From Schmidtea polychroa (taxonomy: Eukaryota), in NCBI GenBank assembly GCA_044892525.1, contig CM097888.1, positions 8,990,001 to 9,054,000 of the forward strand: 64,000 nt of DNA. Reading direction: 5' to 3'. Positions 40,104 through 51,841 of this stretch are shown one piece after another. The position numbers were made by a program, and so were the translations under genes. The notes beneath the pieces are model-generated. The model worked only from the letters and a program-made list of their open reading frames with translations, was not told where the DNA came from and ran no database searches. Position 1 is the first letter of the stretch; each line of letters starts with the position of its first letter.

Positions 40104-40513
40104 TTTATAAATAAAAAAAAATGTTTAAATTGTTTGTCCTTTTATATTTATTTAGAAATGCTACTTTTATTTCATTGGTTAAATTGATATTAAGCATAAA
40201 CGCGCGTGTTAAAAAGGACTTGTGCAATAGATGTGCATGATTAACAAAGGCATGTGCAATCCAAGTGCATGATTATTTTTCTGTACAGGCACACACACAC
40301 ACACTTTTAACCTAAAAACATATAATTGTGATAAATTTTATCCAATTTATGTGTTTCATTAAGAATTTCATGATTTCACTCCTAATTATTGCCCTTTACA
40401 CACTTTCATGCACACAGTCACTTTTCCTACAGCCATTTAGTGTGTATGGCATATGTTTAATTAAACTATATAGACTTGTATAAGTAGAATTAGGAGTTTA
40501 CAACCTTATAGAA

Positions 40514-40730
40514 ATGTCTCAATCCAGCAGCCACAGTGAGGGGGAACAAGACAATTAACTGATAACTCGGCTCCGGACCCGATACATTTGGTTTAAGATA
40601 CACGAGTGGAACCAGGGACGAGATCCCAGCCCAGCGGCAAGCAGAAGCGAGGGGAACCCCACTGGGGGAAAACGAAGTTGAAGAAGCGGCCCTAAAGAAA
40701 CGAGGGAGGCCACGAAAGCCTAAATTATAA
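40514..40730 (+). pseudogene. Small AT-hook protein gene relic (ITRLRTRYIWFKIHEW motif; C-terminal KKRGRPRKP)
   Basis: MSQSSSHSEGEQDN*LITRLRTRYIWFKIHEWNQGRD..., with one frameshift to ...EEAALKKRGRPRKPKL*. A homologous motif lies at about 63940-63995. Confidence 0.55.
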
Positions 40731-41039
40731 ACTCGACAGTGATTTCCAACTATCGATGGAGTGTTGTGACTTCAATAATGACTCCATGTGATCATATTGT
40801 TATTTAAATTTCTTAATCTCCTTTTGTTTGTTTAATTTTATATTAGTTTTGAATGATCTCCTATTAATAAAATATTATGTTATTAATTCACTGACTTCTC
40901 TAAAAATCGAGGGTTAAATGTTTGACAATAAATACAGAGACTGTTTTGTGTAACCCGTTTGTCGCAAACAAAATTTTTGTATCTAATAGATGACTAGTTC
41001 TGTCCAACGTGTATATATAAATATATTTATTTCCCATCA

Positions 41040-41258
41040 ATGTTCAAGTTATTCGAAAATCTGAGGAAGGATCGGGAGCAAGCCCAGAATTGTACGTGGT
41101 TTAGCCCGGCCGAAATGAAAAAACGGACGGCCCAAATCTTGCAATTTCAGTCTCAAACAGAACAAGATAAAATCGAAATTCGCGCGCTGAAGATTCAGAT
41201 ACGTGCATTGGAGACTCAGTTGAATCAGCGGCTCATCGATGTATCAACAGTCGTGTAG
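41040..41258 (+). CDS. 72-aa coiled-coil protein of the TWFS-motif family
   Basis: MFKLFENLRKDREQAQNCTWFSPAEMKKRTAQ...IRALKIQIRALETQL. It shares TWFSxxxMK with the relics at 51088 and 61525. Confidence 0.5.
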   Translation: MFKLFENLRKDREQAQNCTWFSPAEMKKRTAQILQFQSQTEQDKIEIRALKIQIRALETQLNQRLIDVSTVV

Positions 41259-41829
41259 ATCCGCCCACTGCCAACCGAGCTGGCCGAAATCTACCCACCA
41301 GCTCTTTAGGATTACGTACTTTGATTTCGACAATGATGTGATTATATTTTTTTACCTTAACTGTTTAATTTCTGTGTTTGTTTGATTTTTTTTCATTGGA
41401 CGAACTTCCCTCAAAAAATTATTATGAGATTTGATAATTTGGTTCACTGTCTTCTTTATAAATACGATTTTGAATAACAAAGAGACTACATTACGTAACA
41501 CCTTCATCATAAATGAAATTTCCTTATCGAATAAATGATTATTTCCTCACTACGTACACGCATGTATATACTAAAAAAAATCAAATTGTATTATAATTAA
41601 CAATAAGGCCCGTCGGTCGTTAGGGGAGAGATTCTTGACCCTTCTGATGTCTGAAGCTTTTGAGTAGATACCTGCGAACGCTGTGCCGGGGCTCGAGCGT
41701 TAAACGTGTGATTTGAGAGGTTTTGATTGATTGAGGTTTGAGAGCTTCCCGAGACAAGCTCTATTTTGGATGTAATAGGAATAGTGGATACAGTTATGCA
41801 TTGAAATACTATACTATATATAAGATATT

Positions 41830-42165
41830 ATTGGTGAGTTTTGGTTGTGGTTGAAGGGTAGGGGTGTTGTTGAGATGTAGTGGTTGAAAGGTAGTGGTAG
41901 TGGTTGAAAGATAGGGATTGAGAGGTAGTGGTTGAAAAGTAGAGTTTGGTGGTTGGAGGGTAGAGGTTGGTGGTTGAGATGTAGATGGGTGGTTGCAAGG
42001 TAGGGGTTATATGTTAGTGGTTTGAAAGGTAGCGGTTGAAAGGTAGTGGTTGAGAGGGATTGGTTGAAAGGTAGAGATTGATAAGTAGAGGTTGAAAGGT
42101 TGTGATTGAATGGTTGTGGTAGAAAGGTTGTAGTGGTGGTTGTTGAGAGGTAGAGGCTGTGGCCG
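41830..42165. repeat. Degenerate G-rich minisatellite (about 14-16 bp, GGTTGAAAGGTAGT-like)
   Basis: Repeated (g/t)ggttga(a/g)aggtag units read directly. Confidence 0.8.
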
Positions 42166-42199
42166 AGAGTTTTGTAGATATTAATAAATTACTCAAAGA

Positions 42200-42850
42200 C
42201 AAAAACAAATAAAACGTTGCAGTAATATGAAAAAGACAAATAAGTCAATATGGCTTTTTATGTTGTATTGGTTTGACTGATTGTATGATTTGTTTGAGTA
42301 TGAATTAGACTGTTTGTCATTCATATCTAGGGTGGTCTGTATTTGTATTGGTGATTTGATTTTGGATCATAGAGATCTTCCATTTAGTAGGTGTGTCCGT
42401 TTGGAGATTTCCAAGATAATGACGATATGATGAGGCAGTAGAGGTTGGGAGAATTGGATGGATAGGTTATAGGGTATGGATCAATAGTTTGAATATTGTT
42501 TGGGTTGTTTGCTTATCATATCTCGTAGGGTCTGTATTTGGATTGGTGTATTGAGTTTGCAACATTGGTGGCTTCTGATCAGTATGTGCTTCTGAGTGTT
42601 GTTCAATAGGTGTTGCTTCAGGAGCAACAGCTGTGGATGTTTAGAAAGATGATGGTTTTTGAGGTAGAGTCTGGGTGTTGGTGGGTGTTTGTTTGGATGT
42701 TGGCGGTACTTGGGTCTTCAGGTGAGTATAGTTTGGTGGTGGATAACTTTGGAGTATCGAATATTGAGGCAGGCAGGTCCTTTCTGATAAATAAAGTTGG
42801 TTGCCCGAAGAGGTGTAAGGTGCATGTTACTAGAATTATTTATTTCAGTT
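42200..42850 (-). mobile_element. RTE-like non-LTR retrotransposon, APE endonuclease relic
   Basis: Minus-strand fragments PTLFIRKDLP, TIIFLNIHS and SWKSPNGHT resemble the RTE endonuclease motifs (GV.ilirk, i.NiYaP, TWxSPxG). The region is heavily disrupted. Confidence 0.45.
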
Positions 42851-44926
42851 AGATTTTAAGATATTTCTCTTTTAAATGAAAATGTTACTGCTTTTATTTT
42901 TATTATTAAGATGGGTAGTTATTATTGTTATCAGTATTATTATATCATGATTGTTATTATTATTATTTTTAATATTATTCATCATTGTTACGAGCATAAG
43001 TATTATTACTGTGATTAACCATTGTTTAGTATTANNNNNNNNNNNNNNNNNNNNNNNNNNNNNNNNNNNNNNNNNNNNNNNNNNNNNNNNNNNNNNNNNN
43101 NNNNNNNNNNNNNNNNNNNNNNNNNNNNNNNNNNNNNNNNNNNNNNNNNNNNNNNNNNNNNNNNNNGTCCGCTAGATCACGACTGAGCTGGATCACATAC
43201 CGCCTCCTCCCCTTCCCCCTAGGGGAAATTTCTTAAATTCTTTTCAATGTGCACTACAGATCCAGATAACCCCTACTTTTTGAAAATTTTTTAAAAAGGT
43301 CCCCGCCCCACTTTCTTTTAATTTTTTTATATTATCGATTATGTAATAATTTTAATTTTATTTAAATCATTGATTACATCATAAATTTTAATTTTTTATA
43401 AGAAATTTTTTTATGTCAATATACTTGAAATTTAATTCTCTATTAAATGAAACTATGATGTAATCAAAATTCTGAAATTTCATTTTTAGTACACCATTTT
43501 TGAATTTACACATCTTTTTAAACAAATCTTTCTCATTCATTCATTTTTATTGGAATATTTACAAACCAACATGTTTTAGTTACAAAAAATAGTTATCAAT
43601 AAATCGAATAAGGGTAGGAAATTATTTAGAATCAATAAGTAACACACAGACGATAAAAATCAGGACAAGGCAAAGTTTATGCATTTAGTATTGCCAGGCC
43701 TAATGAGCAAAAGTTTCTGTGCCTGAAAGACACGGTGGATATTTGTTCGCGTCCACAAGGGTCGTCTGTGCCTCCCCAAGTGGGGTCAGAAGAACCTGGG
43801 CATTATAGTTCTCCGTACGGAACATTACGCCTAGCATGTCAGGGTAGTCAACTACCAGCACATTCGAAACGTATTAAAAATATATTTCAAAATACATGAC
43901 AATACGTCATTGGCACTAAAACCAAATTAGTTAATGTTTTCACTAACAACAATATATATTTACAGAGGCTTCTCACTAGTTGGATTACAACCGCCCACCA
44001 CGACGATCAGCTTGTAAATATTTATTAATTAAGGGATAAAGAGGGCCCCCAACCCTATTATATTTAATTTACAAAATAATGTTTTCACTAATGCTCTCCG
44101 TCCGTTTTCTCACTCTTCTGAATTTTCTCTGGAATTTTTCGGTAATCTAGCATTATTATTATTATAATTATTAGTATTATTATTAATTATTATTTATTAT
44201 CATTATTATTATCATTATTTTTAAGATTTTATTCTGAGAACAAATCCTAATAATATCAACAAATTTGTATTTATTTTTTCATATAATTATTATTATCAAT
44301 TACTTAGTTGGCAAAGTCCTAAACAAAGAAATCTATTGAACCATCTAATAAAACAGAATATGAGCATCCTTTAAATTAATTAATAAAATATTTTTATTAG
44401 GATAAAGAAATAAACCTAGTTCTTTCCGAATTTCATTCATATATCAAGAGCTAATGACAGTAAGTTGGATTCATCTATAAATTTATATCACATTATTTAT
44501 TATTTAAAGTTCAACTACCCATTAATGACTGAGATAAAGTTTCGCAAACAATAAACTGTAGTTCTCTGGATAGAAACGAAAGAATTTTCAAAAAAGTCAC
44601 TAAAATTTTATCACAAATAATATTGAATAAATAATTTTGAAATTCTGTTCTAAGATAGAGTTATAAAATTATTTTATATACAAATTAACTTTACTTTGAA
44701 TTTAAAAAACTAATTATAAATTTGTTTTTATATTTAAACAAAGTTTTAAACAAGTTAAAATCAAATTATTTTTCGTAAAAATGATTATTTAAAGATGATG
44801 AACTATAAAATAAATATTATTATTACTTGAAAATATTTTTATTTGTTATTGGAAATTTAGTTTTCATACATAAATTATTACCAAAAAAAAATTTAATATC
44901 TTTATAAAAATATTTAAGCATAAGTA

Positions 44927-47309
44927 CCGTATTTTAGCGCATATAACGCGCGCGTTATACGCATTTTTACAAACCGCGCACCCCCCCCCCCCCCATGCGC
45001 GGTATCTGTGGGTGCGCGCTTTATGATTTATATTTTACACGTGGCGGCATTGCCAGTGGAAATATTTTTATGATGTGACAGTAACCCTACCATCGGTTTT
45101 AATGTTACGTTTGATTGCAACCAGATTTACTTTTAGTTAAACAAATTATTTTATTTTTATAATATTAAATAATAATTTGCTATTTATTTCTGTTATGTAG
45201 CAATGTTTCAGATACCGAGTTTGTGTTTAATATGGATCGAATGGCGCCAGCCGGAGTTGCATTGTTCGTATTGACACGTCAGGAAAACAAATAGAAATAA
45301 AGAAATTATAAATTTTAATGTTCACGTTATCTTATATTAAATTTTTTTATAGATATAATAAATAAAACTTCGATGTTTTTTTATTTATTTTTGATCCCAC
45401 ATGTCATTTCAGTAACTTGTTGCTGTTTTAATCTCCGCCATCCTCAAGCTCTTCTTCGCCATCACTCTCCTGGAAACCTTCGAAGCTCTCGTCATCTGAA
45501 CTGGCCTGAAACATGTCCATGACTCGCTGTAGGCGCTCTTCTTCGATTGCCACATCATTTCCCTCTGCTTTTGATGCTTCACTGTCTCCCTCTCCATCTG
45601 TCGAGTCATTGGCGCCAACATCGGGAACGTTACTGGGCATAATTCCACACTTCTTGAATCCATTTGTGATTGTTGTCACCTTCACTTTCTCCCATGCAGT
45701 TATGACCCACTTGCATACTTCAACGTATGTGGCACGGCGTTGTCTACCAGCTGGTGTGTATGTGTGGGACCCAGTTGAAATCCACTTGTCCCACTCCTCA
45801 CGAACAAACGTCTTGAATGGTCGATTTACAGCGACATCCAGTGGCTGAAGCTTGCAAGTGAGGCCACCCGGGATGACGGCGATATGGGCGCCCGCTGCGT
45901 TTATCTTCTTTTGAACAGATGACTCTTTGTGAGCTGTCATGGCATCAAAAACAAGGAGAGATTTCTTTTTGAAAAATCTGCCTTTCCTGTTGCGGAAGCA
46001 TCTGTCTGTCCAAATCCCCATGACGTCCGTGTTCATCCAACCCTTTTTATTGCATGTAACGACAACACCACTTGGAAGCTGTTCACGTGGCATTGTCGCA
46101 CGTTTGAAGATAAGCATTGGCTTGAGTTTCTGGCCTCCAGCGGTGCAGGCTAAGACGACGGTAAACGAAGTTCTTTCATTTCCTGTCGTAGCAACAGCGA
46201 CCGTCTTAACCCCGACTTCAGCAACTGATCGCGTTGGAGGGATATCAAAGACCATGGGCACTTCGTCCATTTTGATGACGTCATTTGGTGAGAGATCGTG
46301 TTGGCTGATTTCCTTATGAACAAATTCTCTGAAATCATCCAACTTCTTTTCCCAATCATCCGGAAGTCGCTGGCCGACTGTTGTTCGAGCACGCATCGAC
46401 AAATTATTGCGCCGCATAAATTTGTAAACCCAATTGTACGAGCCACCTTTGAAATCATCTAACTTCATTTCAACGGCCAACAATCTTGCTTTTGCCTTAA
46501 TTGCCACCGTCGATACAGCTCGATTATTCTCTCTCTGAGCCAAAATCCACTTCACCAAATTCGCCTCCAGATGTGGCCATCTCGCCTTGCCGCCACGCCT
46601 TGCTCTTTTTCTCGGATTCATACTTTCCAGCTCTGTCTCGTCCTTCCTCCACTCTCGAACCGACGTCTCACCAACACCAAACTCCCGACCCGCCGCTCTA
46701 TTTCCCTTCTCCTTCGCATACTTAATCACCTGAAGCTTAAAATCAGCTGTGTAAGACTTTCTTTTAGGCATATCGAATAATTTATGATGGGTTTTAAAAT
46801 ATCATGAGTTTATATTGTGCTATGAGAACAGAGAATTCGTTGTTTTATTTTGTCAGCCGTTGGAGTAAGACCAATAGTTTTAAACGGATCTAACCACGTG
46901 GCAATTTATCAGGCTGACGACGTCATCACACGCCGACAACCCAGCCAATAAAATTAAACGAATTTCACACGTGGTTTGTTACATCGCTGAACTTTAAATT
47001 TATGACTCGGCTTGTTTTGTCGCGGAGTCTCGTGATTATTAATACGTGATGCAAACAGCAACAATAAACAAACACGGAATGTAACGCTGTTTAATATTGA
47101 GATTATGAATTATTTTACAAACAAAATTTATGGAGAATAATTAATAAGTATACTAAACCGCATTTTTGGAAATTTACCAGCATCAGGTAGGTGCGCGCTA
47201 TAGGCCAGGGCGCGTTACACAAATTTGTATTTACACATACAATAAAATCCGCGCGGTATACAGGGATACGCGTTATACGCGGGGGCGCGCTATATCCGCT
47301 AAAATACGG
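44927..47309 (-). mobile_element. pogo-superfamily DD35D transposon (Passer/POGK-like), full length 2383 bp, TA TSD
   Basis: TIRs CCGTATTTTAGCG(C/G)ATATA at 44927 and 47309, both flanked by TA, enclosing an intact transposase ORF. Confidence 0.95.
45428..46771 (-). CDS. pogo transposase, 447 aa (Brinker-type HTH, CENP-B HTH, DDE_1), uninterrupted
   Basis: KSYTADFKLQVIKYA (BrkDBD); WPHLEANLVKWI...FKGGSYNWVYKFMRRNNLSMR (HTH_Tnp_Tc5); catalytic KMDE, LVFDAMTAH and LQPLD with 35-aa D-D spacing. Confidence 0.95.
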   Translation of the reverse strand: MPKRKSYTADFKLQVIKYAKEKGNRAAGREFGVGETSVREWRKDETELESMNPRKRARRGGKARWPHLEANLVKWILAQRENNRAVSTVAIKAKARLLAVEMKLDDFKGGSYNWVYKFMRRNNLSMRARTTVGQRLPDDWEKKLDDFREFVHKEISQHDLSPNDVIKMDEVPMVFDIPPTRSVAEVGVKTVAVATTGNERTSFTVVLACTAGGQKLKPMLIFKRATMPREQLPSGVVVTCNKKGWMNTDVMGIWTDRCFRNRKGRFFKKKSLLVFDAMTAHKESSVQKKINAAGAHIAVIPGGLTCKLQPLDVAVNRPFKTFVREEWDKWISTGSHTYTPAGRQRRATYVEVCKWVITAWEKVKVTTITNGFKKCGIMPSNVPDVGANDSTDGEGDSEASKAEGNDVAIEEERLQRVMDMFQASSDDESFEGFQESDGEEELEDGGD

Positions 47310-47399
47310 TAAATAACATTAATTAAATTAATCTTAATTTTAATTTATATTTACTAACAACAAGTTACCGTTTACTTAGTACAAGATATAAACAACATC

Positions 47400-47900
47400 A
47401 ACAACCGGATACCTACAACTAGATACCAACAACCTGTCACCAACTATGTATTACAAATGGCTACCAAGTACTAACAACTATCTACTAACAACTATCTACT
47501 AACAACCAGATACTAACAACCAAGTACTTACAACTAGACACTAACAACTAGATACAGTTTACATAGTACAAGATATCAACAACAACAACAACAACTGACT
47601 ACATACAACTAGATACCAACAACCTGTTACCGAATAGGTACTAACAACTATCTACTAACAACCAGATACTAACAACCAAGTACTTACAACTAGACACTAA
47701 CAACTAGATACAGTTTACATAGTACAAGATATCAACAACAACAACAACAACTGACTACATACAACTAGATACCAACAACCTGTTACCGAATAGGTACTAA
47801 CAACTATCTACTAAGTAGCAACCTAAATTCAATCACCCACCAAGTATTTTCAACTACTCACTAACAACTACCAAGTACTAAGCACTTACAACTAGGTGTT
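47400..47900. repeat. Higher-order tandem repeat: about 13-15-bp ACTAACAAC-type monomers organised in a 156-bp unit (at least 2 copies)
   Basis: gaataggtactaacaactatctactaa recurs at 47632 and 47788 (period 156), and the intervening blocks match. Confidence 0.9.
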
Positions 47901-49640
47901 AACAAATAGATTTAAAAGAAACTTGTTCTTCATTGAAGAAAATGATAATCATTGAATGAAAATAATAATAATAATAATAAAAATGCAACTGATTGACTGA
48001 ATTCAAGGTACCAGTACTTGTAAAATCTCAAATAACTAGGTAAAAATTGATGAAATTATTGTAAAAATAACATGTAAAACATTTAAATTATTCAAAACAT
48101 AGTAAATAAATATCATAAAAAGTCAATTAATGGACAAGAAAGAACTTGAAATTATAGTCATTGATAATCCAGTAAATATTTATCTTAAATACTAATCATT
48201 CAAGTTATTAATAAAGTAATTTTAATGATTTCAAATTGATTGACTGATTGCTCATGTTATTCAGAAAATTCAGTATAAATTCATTACAAATTATCAAAGT
48301 CGTCAATCTAGACTAAAAATATCTAAGTAATTATCATTAATTTCCAAAGGAAACTGATATGTCCACTAATGATAACATCTAATAAACCAGTAAATTCATT
48401 TATATTACAATATTTTACCATTCTTTTTATATCCAAGTGAATTCTCTACTAAAATCATCTAAAAAGCCTCAAATTTTCTTAAAATATCTATCTATCCATT
48501 CTCATTGATTGAAGAAAACTTCGATAAAATTATTCTCAGATGCTAAGAATCTTCATTGAAATAGAATTATTCATAAAGGATGGAAAACTTAATTGAGATA
48601 GTGTCTACTGGTATAATTGCTAAAGGAAAATACACTGACAAGTGATATTGAAATGTTTTTAATGAAAGGTTGACGTATAAGAGTGGAGATTTATTTATAG
48701 TATTTATTTATAGTAGGTGGTAGTGAGCTCCCCAGACCTCATATATCCCCTCCCTCCCCCCGAGGAAAAAAATTTAAATATAAAAGTTCAAGGTCAAGGT
48801 CATTTCTTTTTTTAATTAATTGGTCCAGAGGGCTCATACTTTTTTTCATCCCAAAAATTAATGTTCCCGCCAACAGATTTTATATCGTTCAATAAAATTT
48901 GACCATGACCTTGAACTTTTATTCTTTAATTTTTAATTCCTTATCTCGACAGCTTGCCGGTGATAATAGAATTGATGGGAGAAGGCGGTCGAACAAGAAA
49001 GGAAAAAGGGAAAAAACAACTTGACAGCTGTCAGAGATAAAAATGGGACAATCGGGGAAAGCAGGAGATGGAAAGTGGATAACACTCGATTATCTGGAGT
49101 GCCACAAGAGAAGTGAACTATATAAGGGAAAACTGGTGAACATGAAATCAGAACAAATTGAGAGCAAATTAAGACAAATTTGGAGCGAAAAGTAGAACGG
49201 AAACAGAACCAAGTTGAGAGCAAAACGAAACGAAATTAGAGGCAAAAAGTAGAGTAAAATTAGAGACGACAAGTAAAAAGGGGAATCAAAACAGAGTGAA
49301 AAGAGAAGTTAAAGAATCTTTTATAAAATTGAATATAAAGTAAAGGTGGAGTAAATAAATTGTGTGGTCAAAGTAAATAGAACAATCGATCAACATATTC
49401 TGTAATTGAGTAGTAGACGGCTAGTGATTATTGCTGTGATTACAGAAAGGGCTATTCTTCACGTAGTGTCGAAATAAGCTCTGTGTGATAAATTGGTTAT
49501 AGTTAATTGGTTGTAATTGAAATTTGTACTATTACGTGTGGATATTAATAAAGCTTATTGTGTTCGAGTGTTGAATTGCGAATTAATAAACACGCTTTGG
49601 AGCCAGATTAAAAGTTTGAATTTACAAATATTGTCACCAA

Positions 49641-49651
49641 CTCAATAACCC

Positions 49652-49709
<58 letters not shown>
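49641..49709. repeat. (TAA)n microsatellite, continuing after the solo LTR at about 50800-50815
   Basis: Read directly. Confidence 0.95.
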
Positions 49710-49710
49710 T

Positions 49711-50790
49711 TGTTAAGATCGAAAAAAAACGGGGATTACTGATCTCAACACAATGACTCCAATAAATAAAAATAAGTATAAATATAATATATTTAATGTG
49801 GTTGCGCGTATAAGTTTAATATGATGAATAAAGAACAAACTCCTTTCTCTTTATGAAACTTTTTATTTAACAATTTACAAAATAATAATTTACAATTATT
49901 GTACAGATATATAAGATAACGTATCTGTTAATCCCTGCTGTTTATCTCAGCCTGCTAGATATCGATGGCTCCTGTGTAGCACAACGATCGCAAAATAGAT
50001 GAAAGAGTTGGGCAAGCAAGTTGGAATTATTTTGGGGCTCCAAGGGAAGTTATCAATACTTTGTATTCGCTTTAAATTATTTACTCTCACCAGGATAATA
50101 ATTTATCTTTCAAATCAATAATTTTACATTTTTGAAAATAATTCGTCGACCAATAATTTGAATCTGTTCTTCCTTGAACACTAATACAATTGAAATTTTC
50201 TCACAGATCTGCTCTAACCAAATTTTAGTTTCTTCTCTCTCTGATTCTGAACTGCTCTCGTTAGCAATTTATATTGAATTCAAACGATCGAAATTTGAGT
50301 CGAATTCTTGTCGCTCTAATTTACACGTTCTCGTGTTTAATTCAACTGGTCGAAATCTGAGTTGAATTCTTATCACTCTAATTGAAATGTTCTCGTATCT
50401 AATTCAACTGATCGAAATTTGAGTTGAATTCTCTTAATGCTCTAATTGAGATTTTCTCGATGATTTCTAATCACGTTTTTTCGCCTAGTACTACTAATGT
50501 TAAATTATTCTCGAAATGATTTGTCTCTAAATTATGCGTCCCTGGTTCTCGTTTTGAACCAGTATTTATAATAAATATTATTGATTTAATATATTATTAG
50601 TAATATTATAATTACTATTTATAGTAACAGTATAATTAAATATTACTATATACAACTTATTTCTATTTATAGTAATTAATTAACTCTATATTTTATCTTC
50701 AGTAATTCTTCATTATTTTAATTTACACCATTTCTAATTATAGTAATTTTTATTTATTTTACAATCAAGGCTCCAGGCCTATCCCTAACA
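49711..50790. mobile_element. Solo LTR (1080 bp), gypsy-type
   Basis: Inverted termini TGTTA...TAACA; 4-bp TSD ATAT (49707-49710 and 50791-50794); internal repeats of about 40 bp (ttcaact..tcgaaat.tgagt.gaattct); no coding sequence. Confidence 0.75.
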
Positions 50791-51087
50791 ATATTACTTT
50801 AATAATAATAATAATTTGTTCATGTGAAGATTCGATCACTTTTGGTATCTTGGGTCATGATGATGGAGAAGATCTTACGATAGATCAGAATTGATGTGTT
50901 GCATTTCCCTATTGTTAACTACCATCCATACGTTCTACCCCATCGGAAAGCCTTGGTTAAATCCCTCTTAGCAATGGAGGTAGAGACTTTCACAGATGAT
51001 TGTCACCGAATTATTATTCATGTTCATAGAATATCCTTTAAATCTAAAATTGTAATCACAAATTATTGTCTCTAATTTTCACAGATT

Positions 51088-51841
51088 ATGGCTACTAATT
51101 CTACTCCCAAATCTGCAATACGACCCTACTTTCCGTATGCCGATAGAAATGCGGCTATCCAAGGCCTACAAAAGCCCAGATTGCGGCGTTGAAGCAAAAG
51201 ATTGATTGGTTAAAGGGTACTTGGTTTTCCCGACCCAAATGAAAGAAACACAGAAAAATCTATTCCGTAGTGAGAATTGCCGGAATAGTTTAATAGAAGA
51301 AATTCTGCCTCAGCGTAAAGCCCCACAGGCGACGGTGACCAAGAAGGTCTTAAACATCCCAATAGCCGAGGAAGAGAATGTATTTCCTGTTCACCATGAC
51401 CAAACCCAGGACAGGTACCGATCCACAGGAAAATCCTGCCAGGGGTGCGTAGATGCAGATCTCTCGCCTATAACCTCCCAAGTTATTTTCATGGGCACTA
51501 GAAGGGTGAAGCCCAAAACTACTCAACCACCCATGGCATCCCGCTCTTCGACTCAACAGATAAAACCCAAGCGCTGGCAATTATCACGAGCTGAGCGCAA
51601 GAAGTGTCAGAAATTGCGAGTCATTGAGAAAGAGAATAAGCGAAATACAAGTACCGTGCATGACAATATCGAAGTAGCTCCAACACTCCTATCGAATATC
51701 GTCACGCAATGTCGCGTCATCACGGCTGCTGGCGTAACCTGGGAAGACAACGCCTCTGAACTTTTCGACCTAGAAGCTTTGTTCGAGGAAGCCGAAGGCC
51801 GACAGACAATTAAATATCGCCTGCAGAAATATATGACTTAA
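51088..51841 (+). pseudogene. TWFS-motif family gene, frameshifted copy
   Basis: Across frameshifts it reads MATNSTPKSAIRPYFPYADRN...QIAALKQKIDWLKGTWFS/..QMKETQK...ENCRNSLIEE...LSRAERKK...FDLEALFEEAEG, colinear with 61525-62300. Confidence 0.6.

Noticed and set aside
11154-43175. Many ORFs in the track that contain long X runs (about 11.2, 31.6, 33.1, 35.6, 39.1 and 43.0 kb)
   Set aside because: They are artefacts of N-gaps (11219-11367, 31646-31916, 33131-33264, 35580-35941, 39151-39452, 43035-43166). Only the flanks that belong to the CrtU-like exons were used.
43680-43740. Hammerhead-ribozyme-like core (ctaatgag...ctgaaag)
   Set aside because: The core deviates from CUGAUGA, stem II is out of register with GAAA by two bases, and no convincing stems I and III were found.
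45409-46780. Several overlapping and antisense ORFs within the pogo transposase
   Set aside because: These shadow ORFs are expected in GC-richer coding DNA and carry no motifs.
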